Positions 32,894 through 44,808 of a stretch of 64,000 nucleotides of DNA are shown piece by piece. A program made the translations under genes and the position numbers. Below the pieces are notes generated by a model, which did not search any database, was not told the origin of the DNA, and worked only from the letters and a program-made list of their open reading frames with translations. The stretch is from positions 4,067-68,066 of the forward strand of contig JAUCBJ010001004.1 in assembly GCA_032718475.1 (NCBI GenBank). The letters are read 5' to 3'. This DNA comes from Nemertoderma westbladi (lineage: Eukaryota; Animalia; Xenacoelomorpha). The stretch's first letter is position 1; every line of letters begins with the position of its first letter.

Positions 32894-34669
32894 ATGGAGA
32901 ACATTCCATACCCTTTCGTTGATACTCAGCTGATTGCTCCTTGGGCCGAAGGCCGAGGTTTCTTTCGCACTATGTATGCCAATACACCCAGCGGCATTAC
33001 TAAAGTACAACGGACATCCATTGGACATCTTGCCTTTCAAGAATATGGTTGGAATTTCAAAGTTGGAAATCCTATAAATTACCAGCAAGTATATGGAGAT
33101 CATTACTCTCGTTTATATTTTGATGGACCATTAACTGCGCCTGGTGCCGTATATAGCTTTATGAGTGTTCCCCTTCGCCCTTCCTTAGCTATATACACGA
33201 TCTTTGAAAATGCAGCACTTGCCGGTTGGCTAGCCGATGTGTGCAGTCGTACCATACGCGCTCATCCGTTAATACTTGGAACTAAACTCGCCAAGTTAGA
33301 CGAACACAATAAGTTCATACGTTTCGAATGTTTCCGGCGCTTTCTGACTCCGTTCCGTAACGTCGATAGTCAGTTCAAGGATCGCGCGCTGACCAAGCTC
33401 AGTCTTAGAGACTCAGCTGCGGAGAAACTGAGTAGCGCTGGATTTGCCGTCTTTCAAGACGTTTGTATACAGAACCTACATTCATCCGTTATACAAAGAG
33501 CCCGAATATCTACAGGTTATTCTGTCGTGGAAATACAGACAGTGGGTCCACTTACGGAAACCGACGCACCCACTTCGTCTATGCAGCTGGAGGATGAACC
33601 AGTATGCTTGGAATCAGAAGCGATTCAACCTACGGCTTCTCGGAGCAGTGACAATGATTATGTCATAGAGTGGTATCAAGGTCCACAGCGTCTCACAGCG
33701 TACGATTATCGACACGCCAACTACGTTTCCCGAAAACGTTGTCGATTATGCGCATCGAGAGACCACTTCACTCCTCTAGACTCGAGCGTACCTTGTTCCT
33801 ATTTCCTCGAACAACCGATGATGGAAATATATTGTGCTTATTGCCGGCTTAATAACTCTCATATATTTGCCGTCTGCCCACAATTTATGACTCAATGTCA
33901 CTACTGCCAACTTAAAGGACACGAAAGTTACAATTGTCCCTTTAATCGCGATTTAGAGAGCGTAGACGAGATGATCACCCTGCGATACATCCGAGCTTGG
34001 GAAGCGAACGCAGATTTACATTGCGAATCCAGACATCGCTATTACCCTGGACGAGCTTACGAGGGAGTTTACGCGTTCCATCCTTATCTATTCGCGTCGA
34101 TTGAACAGAAAACACGCGTACCAAGTTACGAGTTAATAAAGCGTGTTGGTGAGTGTATTTCCACCAAGTTTGTCAGAAAATACCTTAGAAATGTCAACCC
34201 TAATGATATAACCACATATCACCTGATCAATTTTATCCGTCAGGACCCTGAGTATGGCGACATTTTCGTGAACTCGCATCCTGAACTCCAGGAAGTATCT
34301 CGGCGCCCATATGAATATCGAACCCGAGAACGCGAGCTGGAGAGAACCATTAAACCGAGAAAGTTCCTCACCACTCACGGTCCACCCACCGCTAGTGTCC
34401 AGACGACCCGTCAAGGACCCGTAGGAGCTGCTGTCCTGAGACGCGCTCTAAAGGCCGTTAGATCTCACTCCACTGAGGTTGATATTAATCAACCAGGTAC
34501 TTCGACTGGCGGGTATACCGATCGTAACCCTGCACCTTCTGATGCAATTATATTGCACCCTTCGCCTAGGAGCTACAGCCCTCCTCGTAAAGTGGCTCGC
34601 CCCAAAGAGAAAAGGACTCTTGCTAGCCTTAAGAAACTGCGTAAACGCCGTCCGCGCAAGAAAGACTAA
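32894..34669 (+). CDS. Element B accessory protein with Cys/His clusters, a CCHC knuckle and a basic NLS-like tail (not env-like)
   Basis: CRLCASRDH, CAYCRLNNSHIFAVC, CHYCQLKGHESYNC; tail LKKLRKRRPRKKD. No obvious signal peptide or TM segment. Conserved in A. Confidence 0.85.
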   Translation: MENIPYPFVDTQLIAPWAEGRGFFRTMYANTPSGITKVQRTSIGHLAFQEYGWNFKVGNPINYQQVYGDHYSRLYFDGPLTAPGAVYSFMSVPLRPSLAIYTIFENAALAGWLADVCSRTIRAHPLILGTKLAKLDEHNKFIRFECFRRFLTPFRNVDSQFKDRALTKLSLRDSAAEKLSSAGFAVFQDVCIQNLHSSVIQRARISTGYSVVEIQTVGPLTETDAPTSSMQLEDEPVCLESEAIQPTASRSSDNDYVIEWYQGPQRLTAYDYRHANYVSRKRCRLCASRDHFTPLDSSVPCSYFLEQPMMEIYCAYCRLNNSHIFAVCPQFMTQCHYCQLKGHESYNCPFNRDLESVDEMITLRYIRAWEANADLHCESRHRYYPGRAYEGVYAFHPYLFASIEQKTRVPSYELIKRVGECISTKFVRKYLRNVNPNDITTYHLINFIRQDPEYGDIFVNSHPELQEVSRRPYEYRTRERELERTIKPRKFLTTHGPPTASVQTTRQGPVGAAVLRRALKAVRSHSTEVDINQPGTSTGGYTDRNPAPSDAIILHPSPRSYSPPRKVARPKEKRTLASLKKLRKRRPRKKD

Positions 34670-34747
34670 CTGTTTAGAGTATTTTTATATTTTAGAAACT
34701 GTGATTTTGTATATTTTATAGACTTAAATCCCATTTTCTGGGAGCGG

Positions 34748-35953
34748 TGTAAAAGCTTTTGTGGGATAACTGATTCGTTTGCCTTGTTGGCCAGTTCCCC
34801 CCCAGTCGCTAGAATACTCTCAAAAGGGATCTATAGCTAAAAATAGTGCAAGTTACCAGCTTATTGGCTGATTTGTTGTACGCAGGCATCTGGGCTCTGT
34901 TTAATCGGCCAACAAGCCTAGGGAGGTTGCGTCATAGCCTTGTTTTTGTATCTCCCAATAGAATTTGAGTTAGCCTTGATTTTGACCTATCACAGAGCTA
35001 CTGAACTGAAATTTTCCTATCTCACTGCTCTTTCTCTGTGTTGAACGGGAGCTTCGTGGAATAAGGGTAGTTGGTATCCTCGTATAGAGCAGTAGTCACG
35101 AGTTTTTCAAAGCCACGAAAGAACGGCTTTGTAGTGTTTTATGCTTTCTGCTTTTTAGCTCAACACTAGTAGGTTTAATTATAAGGACATATATCCTTTA
35201 ACTGGCGACCGCATTTGACACACCGTACCACACGGCTTTTAATAACTGCTGAAACTGCTAAAATTTACCTGCTCAATCAATACTGTGTACTGCTATTTGT
35301 TGTCGGTTATTCATTATATTGGTTGATGAATTATTATATTGGAATAACGAGAAATAACCCCGACACCCAATATTCTTGATATACCGAAGGTAAGAGAGAA
35401 AGGTTACCAATAACGATTGTGACTTATGTTAAAGTGGTTTGAAGTGAATCTAATGTTATTTGATAGACCCTACATGAGTCAGTCTGTGTTCCTTTTATAT
35501 GTGACTAAAATCAGTGAAGATTGGCAGATTAGTGTGCAGTATTGTGCAGCATTGTGTATGAGTGAGTCTGTTAAAGAAGCATTTCCTAAAGAATGCGCCA
35601 TATATGTGAATTATAATTAAGCCATATCGTTGTGAGTAGTTTAAGTCATAACTCTGTTTATATAGATAAAGCGCCACGTCCTAAAGGAACTGTTAATATT
35701 CCCCGAAGGTGAATAATATTGTCAGAGATTATATAATACTGTCAGTCGAATAATACATTAGGCTTACATAGCAATAAAATTAAACCGTCGAACCCAATCT
35801 CCCGGGAATATCCAGCGGGTGAATGATCGCGCACAGATTGGTTTCGACTAGTGTAGTGAATCAAATACTTGTCATAGGCTAAAAAGCGATTTAATATCTA
35901 GAAGACATCTTAATTTGGCGGGTTAAACTGCCAAAGGTCTGAAAGCGCGAACA
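34748..35953 (+). repeat. 3' LTR of element B
   Basis: Copy of 19127-20332, preceded by PPT-like ctgggagcgg. Confidence 0.95.
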
Positions 35954-35958
35954 ATATG

Positions 35959-38900
35959 ATTCCAAAAGCCTGGATGGTCATCCAGTACTCTACCGGTTTC
36001 TGATTGAGGTCTCCTTCCGGCCACCACAGAAATCTCAGGCTGTCTCTATCTCTATCCAGCGCCTTGACTTGTAAGAACATTCCTTCTATATCGGAGGCGA
36101 ACGCGATGGAATATTGTCTTAATCTTAAAAGTATTCCCAACAAAGATTGGAGTAAGTTGGGTCCTGGTAACAACTCGGAATTGAGGGATTGGCCCATATA
36201 TAGGGCGGAGCCATCGAATACGACTCGTACTTCGTGGGGTTTACCGGGTTTGGGAACGTAATGATGTGTTAAGTAATACGTTCTCTCAGTCACTGGTGTT
36301 CCTTCCGGTACTCGCTCCGCGTATCCCTTTGTTATAAATTTCTTCAGCTGAGTTTGGTACATTTCTTTAGCTGAAGCATTAGCCGTAAGTCGTCGATGTA
36401 ATTGAGCGATTCTTTTCTCTGCCAAGGGTCTGTTATTTATAAATCTAGGTTCTCGTTTTCGAAATGGTAGGCCAATTTCATATCTACCTTGGTCCTTTAA
36501 AAAACGTGTAGTTGTTTCCTGGATTTGCTTGGCTCTTTCTTCTTCTATCGATAGGGCCTTATCATATGAATTGGGCTCTACCAGTTCTTGAGTAAAGAAT
36601 CGTACGGCTAGTTCGTCCCGAGTTCTAGCGTTGTAGCGCTCTATCTCATCGTTTAGTTCGTCATTGTAAGCGATGGGTTCCGATGGGCGAATCAGTTGAC
36701 ATAGGTTCACCTGATTTTTCCAAGTTTGGTTTTCTGTAAGTAGGTCGATTGTGTTCTCTTCATCGAAGAGTTGGTAGATGTCGTCATTATCTGAAGAGTA
36801 TGGTGTTTCCTCAGTTAGTTCGTCCACCTCACTGCTCTCCTCGCTCCAATCGTTTACTTGGTATATTCGTTCTTGTGGCATTCTCTCTTCGAGAGTCCTG
36901 CGGGAAGGGCCAGTAAAGTACCAACCTACTCTAGTTCTTACCGCATAGGTTTGCAGTGGCTGTGGTTGAGCAGGCCGTTTCTCCAATGTTTCGAGCGCCT
37001 CATGCGCGTTTTGGCCGATGAGTATTTGCACTCCAGGATAATCTGTCTGGAATCGAGGTATCTTAAGATGTTGGATACTCTCATCTTCGTCCCAATTATA
37101 AAGGTCTGCCTGAGTAGTGGCGAAGTTCTTTATAGCCACCATTTTTACCGACCTTATACCTTGTGCTCCTAATTTATCCTGGGGGGTGGACAACACACCT
37201 ACATAGTAATCTGCCGTTAGGGTAGATTTCCAAACCTGCATAATTCCTGACATATTCAATTTAGTCCGGAATTTGGGTTGTCCAGCAAAGATATCTTCGG
37301 CTAGTTCTTGATCGATGAATGTTCCTGTGTTGCCGGAGTCAAGGAGGGCGTTCACTATGTAACTTTTGTTAGGACCGTGAACTCTTACCTGCACTACAGG
37401 AAATTCTCTGATTCCTACGTTGGAAGTTGGAGCTTTCCAAGATGGTTGTTTGGCAAAAGTAGTTGGGGGAAACTCATTGTTGGTGTCCTTTTCATAAGTA
37501 AGTGCTCGATACACTGAGGTATTGATTAGATAACAGGATTCGTTGGCGTCGGAGAATTCGTCAGTATAGAATCCTTCCATCTCAGACTCCTGATCAGTGT
37601 CATTTACATCACTGAATTGGACATGTAGTTCGGGCTCACTTACCTGACTCTGTTTGTCTCGTTCGAACTCACTGTGTAACAAGATGTGATGTTTCGCGCC
37701 ACACTTTGCACACTTTACGTCGGAGTAACAGGTTCGCCGTTGGTGTCCTGGTCTGAGGCAATTATAACATAACCGCTTGTCCCACACGACTGCACGTCTG
37801 TCTACAAGGGATTTCTTTAGAAATTCAGCACACGCACTCAAACGGTGGGTCCCGTCGCACAACGCACAGTTAGGTTTTATGTTACTCACTTTACCTTGGG
37901 TAACTTGATGCACTCTCGTTTTTTCTTCGGGTTTTCTTCGGTGCATTCTGTTAGGAGACTGAGGGGGGGTCTTGGCAACCTGTTCTCTCCTATTGTTGTT
38001 TCGAGCCTTGTATTTACTTACGTCCTTTGAGGTTTTGTCAACATAGTAAGATCGATCGGTGTCTTTCCCGCTGTCCTCTTCTTGAGAAGCTTGGCTTTCG
38101 CCGTCGTCAGTGTAACACACCGGTGTTACTCTTCTCCTAGAAGCGGGTTTCTCACTTACCTTATTTTCCGATGTTTTCTCTCTGGACTGCTTGATGAGTT
38201 GTAGTTTTACCTCACCATCTAAGAAGGACATGAGATCAGCCATGGTAGGGCTTCGTCGTTGTTATTCATTCATGTACAACACTTTCTTGTCCCAGCGTAT
38301 ACATACTCCACCCTTGGGTAAAGTAGAGACTACGGCTCCAATAACCATGGAACTCTGATATTCATGAGACTTACCTAACCAGTCCAATTGTCTACAGATC
38401 TCATGAATCTCATCGGAAAACTCTATAATCCCGCTACTAAGGAAGTTTCGGGGGGCTACTAATTTTGCATACAAATACTTAGCTATGTTATCCTTGTTAC
38501 CATACCTGATGTTTAATGTATCCCAAACTTGTCTTAATCCTTCTGGATGTCCAATAAACTTTAACGCCATTAACTTGGGAGGTCCTTCCAAGCACTTGAT
38601 GAGGAACCTAAGTTTCTCTCCATTAGATAGCACAGAGTTCTGTATGCTGTCTTTGTAATATTCGTTGAAAGGTAACCATTTCATCTCATCTCCATTGAAT
38701 TTGACGATCTCTCCCACTTTGACCGCTTGGCGGGCTTCTGTTCTAGCCATCTGACGCGTAAAGCTTTCTTGGGCCATCGTGTTATTTAATATCGAATTAT
38801 CGGTATATAAATTTCTCGGATCATTGTCAGGTCTATAGGGGATATCATTAATAACAGGTCTATAATCACCCTTAATAGGGTTTGCTATAGGAGTTTCTAC

Positions 38901-41045
38901 TTCACTAGCAGTATAGATGCGTGTAGGCTCCACACCTTGCGCATGTAATACTTCAGACCTAACAGGTTGACACAATGTTACAGGGGGTATTGGTATGCCT
39001 TTTTGTATATTGACTAATTTGTCGCGTTCCAGTGCGATACTTTGCTGCACTTCTTGCAATTCTGCCCTACCTTCCCTTACTGTTCCCTTAAGCTGGTGGA
39101 CAGTCTCCTGCATCTGTCCGAGCAGGAGATTCATCCCCCGCCGTCCCTCCTCTACCCACTCGACCGCCGAAGCGGGAGTCGCCAACATTGTAGCGGGCTG
39201 ACGCGGGACGACGGGAGACAAATCTTTGATTTCTCTCTCAGCTTCCAGGACAGGGATATTCTCATGGACTGTTCTACCGGGTACAGGCAGTGTAGTACTG
39301 TGTAAAGGGAATTTGGAGTTAAGCTCTGGAAGTACAGGGGTCTCTAGCACAGAAGTGACTTTGGGAACGACAGGCCTAATTATTTCAGGCTCATCAACTA
39401 TTGTAGGGAGTCTTTTGACCTGAATAATTTGTTCTGTGGGTTCTGTACTACCTAAGTCTGTGCTAGTTAGTTGTCTTCTAACCGCCGGGGGCAAATCAGG
39501 CAATTTGTGACGGTGAGATGTTTTTCTACGCCTGCTTGGACGAGATCTATTTCCTCCGCCTTCAGGATCAGTGGTCTCGCCTTCCTCCGATGATGTGTAT
39601 CCTTGGCGCTTGGGAGTAGATCGACTCCTCATCTGCATTTGACTAGCAGTTAACTGTTTATTTATGCAGTCTTGCGTCTCTTGAAGATTTTCCAACTCCA
39701 GTTGTGTGGTCTCTTCAGACGCTCTCTGTTCTGCGTCTGCCAATGCCATTGCTGCTGCTGCTTTGGCTGCTTCCACTGTCGCTGCAGCTTTTGCTTCTGC
39801 CTCTTCCACTGCCGCTGCTGCCTTTGCCTCTTCCACTGACGCTGCCGCTTTCGCCGCTGCTACTGCCTTTTTGTCCTTTATCCGTTTTTTCTTTACTCGT
39901 TCTTCTTGGACTCTAGTGAGGCGGAGTTTTTCATCAAATTCAGCTTGGTTAGCAGCTAACATTTCAGCATCGATTGAGTCTAACACACGCTGGGTTCCTT
40001 CACTATTAGGGGTAAGTCCAGATAACCGTCTCCTCAACTCCTTGTCTCCTAGGAATCGCTGATAGTCGGACAGATAAATGTCTATGGCGTCTCTCGTTCG
40101 TGGTCTCTCTGCAGTCTCTTCGCCTTCCACTTGAGAAAGGGTGGCATCGGTTGGTTCTTCATAGGTTAGTCTCTCAGACAGCTGGGATTTCCACTGGTCC
40201 GTTTCTTGTACTTTGAGACCTACCCGCTGGAACCAAGTTTTGACAGCAACTTGCAGCGACGTGTCCTGTCTTCTTTTGGAAGTTTCCTCAAAGGCTGATA
40301 GGATTAATCTAATGCGTAGGGTTCTTTCGCGTACTTGATATAGCAGCTCTTCCTGCTCTTGAGGTCCTTGGGGTTGTCAAAACAGTTGTTCTTCTAATCG
40401 CTCCAAGGAGCCGAAGAATCCCTGCACATATCCTGCTGCCGACCTCTTCCAAACAGCTGGATCCATTGTATCTTTAGTCACTCCCATCCTGTGTATATCT
40501 TCCCAAGTAGCTTCGGACAAATCTAACGGGAGTCCGGGTCCGGGAAAGTTCCATTGTGACTCGACAATCGACATCAATTCTTCCCTGGCGTATCCCGCAT
40601 AATTATCTTGGGTCGCTCGCTTACTTCTCGTCCAATCGGCTTGATGTTCCTCCACCGCAATCAATATAGTAGTTAGCACTGCGGCAGGAAGGGTGAGAAG
40701 GGGGTCCGAGTAGGTTGTAGCCGCCATCTGCAATCCGCGTTCGGGGGTCAGCTCGACAGTATCCGAACTACTGGAGCTATCGGATCGCTGGGAACAAGTT
40801 TCTTGACTAGGCTGTTGCTGCTGTGGGACAGCTGCTTCCTGGTTCCGTTTGACTTGGGCCCGAGTGCCGATGATAGACCTACGGTGTTGGATTAGCTTAG
40901 GGTCTGATACTACTACTGGAGGGATGACCTTTCTTTCAGTAGGAGGTGAGCTGAACTCCTTTCTTAATCGCTCCACACTCCTATCTGTGTCACAGATGGT
41001 TGTATCGATTAGACTGTCTGACAGGTTTTGCTGAGTGTCAGACAT
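35959..41045 (-). pseudogene. Element A gag-pol, 5' part (Gag, Zn knuckles, protease, RT N-terminus)
   Basis: Homologous to B throughout; in-frame stops at 40377-40379 and 38262-38264; cut by the B insertion. Confidence 0.92.
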
Positions 41046-43278
41046 GTTTAGCTATACGGTTGAATGCCTACTGCTATAGTTACAGTTAAAGCAAGTCTAG
41101 TAATTCAGTATGACCGTTGGCCTAGTACCGGTAATTTAGTACAGTATATTAGAATACCGGTATACACTTATAGTATATATAAGTATTGTAAACTAGGTTT
41201 ATCACAGAGTACCGGTATATAAATTTAGCACAAATATATAAATATATAATAGGCCTATCGTGAATACCGGTATACCACTTACACTTATAGTATATATAAG
41301 TATAATTATGAACTAGAATTAATTACAGAATACCGGTATGATTTCAGCTCAAATTTATAGGAATAAATATAATAAGCCTATGGTAAATACCGGTATGTCA
41401 ATTATTTTAGAATAATTGAATTTCTGAATATTTTAGGGTTACCCGGTTACTTTAACTTACTTTATTACCGTTATTTAAGCAGTAGACCAACTGATATTGA
41501 GACCTAGTTGTTGTATGGCAGGCCTACTATTTATAAATCGTTTGAGTTGATTTATAATATATATATACCCGTTTAAAATGGGTTTTGTCAATATTTGAAA
41601 TAAATGTTATTATTTCTGAGGGAGTCACTACACAGAAGCTGTGCGCTCTCAGTGAAGTGACACTTATTTGACGCTAAAACAGATAATTCTAATTTACCTA
41701 AGTTACTTAATACTACAAATTACTTACGATACGGGTGAGATTAAATCTCTAATTAAACACAACAAAAATATTACGTACGAAATTTTAGGGTAATTTTTAC
41801 AGGAAGTCTACAAACCAGCCTAACAAAGGGTTAGAATTCTGGTTATTACAACGGACAGGGTACTACGGTATTTAAAAATAATAAGTAGTAGTAAATATAT
41901 TGCGCTGTCCAGATAGGAAAATACCACCGCCTGACGACCTATAGCCGTATCGCTATAGGTACTACGTTATGTATCACGGAGTGTTCCTACCTGGAAGTTA
42001 ATTACCGTGGACTACCAGATCCAACGTGCCTATTAACCACTTTACAACACAAATATACTGCCTACACACTAATTACTTCGGAAAGCACTGTACACTAAAC
42101 CCTAAATTAGGTACAAGTACTGGTACAACAAATAATCAGTAGTTAAATATACTTGAACAGTTAAAAGAACCATGGCATCTGCTGGAGTGACCGAAGCACA
42201 AAGTCACCAGTCTTTTCCTACGCCAAGCAGTCCGTGTAGTACCGGGGTTAATTTAACTATAACGGTATGTGTAACAAGCACAATTACTGTAGGAATAAAC
42301 TTGGGGACATGAATGTTGCGAATAATCGCATAAACTCTGAATAATAAATATTACGCTACCCGTACAGAATACTCAAACAAATACAAACCAAACGCTGGCA
42401 GACTACCACCAAGCCTAAATAAACTACAGTATGTGCAGATTCCAAAATGGTTAGTTAGTATGCGTTCTAACACGGTAGTACGACTTATTCTTTAAGAGGG
42501 GATTGACCTTACAGCTATGGCTGCCCCAACTTACTAACTGGCACTTTATCAGACAAACTCTACACACGCAGCAATCTCTTCAGACCTAATAATAGCCAGA
42601 CAACAATCCAGCCTACAAAATATCTGAGTAATAACTATTACGGTACCTGAACAGACCACACAAACAAACACAGGCCAAAACGTTGGCAGAATACTGTCAA
42701 GCCTAAATAAACTACAGTATGTGCAGATTCCAAAATGGTTAGTTAGTATGCGTTCTAACACGGTAGTACGACTTATTCTTTAAGAGGGGATTGACCTTAC
42801 AGCTATGGCTGCCCCAACTTACTAACTGGCACTCTATCGGACAAACTCTACACACGCCGTAATCTCTCCAAACCCAACAACAATCTAACAACAGTCCGGC
42901 CTACAATTATCTGAACAATCTGAGCAGACTTACACGTCTTCAGCTCAATATTAACTTACATGTAAATAAAACCGACAGAAATAAGTAAAATCTCAATAAA
43001 AAACCAGGGCTGCAGTCCCTGATTAAATACTAAGACCTACCGGTATGCAATAATCAAAATCGAATAATACTAATGTACTTATACTGGAAGTACCGGTTAG
43101 GACAGTTGGGCCTACGGACCTACAGAAGTACCGGTTCTGGCAGTTGGACCTACGGACCTACAGCAGTACCGGTTCTGGCAGTTGGGCCTACTGACCTACA
43201 GAAGTACCGGTTTAGGTTTACCGGTCGACCGGTACTTTCAACTTTATTGCTTACTGCAATAAAGTCAATAACTGTTAT

Positions 43279-44538
43279 TGTACGCGCTTTTGAAGACCTT
43301 TAGCAGTTTAACCTGCCAAAATTTATATGTCTTTTGGTTTATAAATAGACTTTAGAAGTTGACAAATATTTAATACCAATAAACACAACATTAGCAGAAG
43401 CCAGCCTAGTGCGTGTCCATTCACCCGCTGGATATACCCGGGAGACTGGATTCTGAGGGCTTAGATTATTATTGCAGTGTAAGCTTACTGTATTATTCGA
43501 TTGATCGTTAATAAATAATTTCTGACTAATATTATTCACTTTCGGGAAATATTAACAGTTCCTTTAGGACGTGGCGCTCTATCTAGGTAAACAGAGATAT
43601 GACTTATACTAATCACAACGGTAAGTCGGTGAGGCTTATGATTCACGTATGAGGCGCATTCTTTAGGAAATGCTTAGTTATCAGTCACAATCAGGCACAC
43701 TACCGGTAACACACAATACTGCTCAATAATTTGCCGACCGTCAATGAATTTTATCATATATAAAGAGAACAGCAACGGACTCATGTAGTGCTTATCAAAT
43801 AGCATTAAATTCACTACAAACCACAATAATATAAGTCGCAATCGCTATATATAACCCGTCTCTCTAACCTGTAGTGTATCAAGAAAATTGGGAAATTTGG
43901 GTTCTTTATAAATGTTCTCCAAATAATATTCAACCAAAACACAACAGTAAAAAGCATTAAGATGGTAGGTTAAGATATGATATGACAATGTATGTGCCGA
44001 TTGAGTCGAGTTGATTGAGTTGAGTTGATAACAGTTATACGCTCTATAATTTAAGCCTACTAATGTTTCTTCTAAAGTATGAAAACGAATTGACTCTAGA
44101 GCCGGTGTTCCTGGCCTAGATAGAAACAACACAACAGTATCAAGAAAAAACAGTAAGACTGAACACTCCTAGTATGATCGGCCGAATATCTCCACATCGA
44201 CAGAAAAAATCGCTCTGATTGGCTTAAGCTAAACAAAGAACCATGTGTCCAATGGCCGTTTCCATGTCAGCAACCAGCTGTTAGATGTCGTAATCTGAAT
44301 CATCAAGGCTAAGCTGTGTAAAGGTATTTGGTGCATTGCGGGTTTTTTGCCTTACCATGTCCGCCAAAGCACGTATATAGAAGAATGACTTTTATGTCCG
44401 TTAAAACACCTATAACGGTACCTTGCGGGCGAGGGGAATATATATATAGTTAGAGAGCCTTTTAGAGTATTCCAGCGCCTGGGGGGAAACTGGATTGCGA
44501 AGCAAAAGGGCCAGTTATATCCCACAGAAGCTTTTACA
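43279..44538 (-). repeat. 5' LTR of element A
   Basis: Copy of 11801-13060. Confidence 0.95.
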
Positions 44539-44808
44539 AATATAAGTACATAAATTAACAGATTTTAAAATCAAATTAATACTAGTTTTATCAAATATAT
44601 GCTTTTTTACTTTTTGGAAATTATACTTACTGCCTAATAATGTAATACGACCATTTTTAAATATTAATAATGTGGCACCAAATATCTTATATATAAACTG
44701 ATTTGGTTTGAGTATGTGTTTACCAGGTAATTGATTTTTTAATTCTTTAAAATTAATCGCTGACACTTGCTGGCAACTTACATTCTTATTAACTATCTGA
44801 TAGTTCAT
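44539..44808 (-). pseudogene. TBP-like gene of the Polinton, 5' half
   Basis: YQIVNKNVSC...INFKEL...ATLLIFKNGRITLLGSK resembles TBP (TALIFSSGKMVCTGAK). Its start overlaps the pPolB stop by 20 bp. Confidence 0.8.

Larger units (their letters stand above)
19127..35953 (+). mobile_element. BEL/Pao LTR retrotransposon B, nested in the RT region of A
   Basis: 1206-bp LTRs TGTAAAAGC...GCGAACA; TSD ATATG (19122-19126, 35954-35958). Confidence 0.96.
11801..44538 (-). mobile_element. BEL/Pao LTR retrotransposon A (decayed, interrupted by element B)
   Basis: 1260-bp LTRs with TG...CA ends; 5-bp TSD AATAT (11796-11800, 44539-44543); gag-pol on the minus strand. Confidence 0.95.

Noticed and set aside
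32894-34669. Envelope gene
   Set aside because: No signal peptide, fusion peptide or TM anchor is visible; it has zinc-knuckle and NLS features instead.
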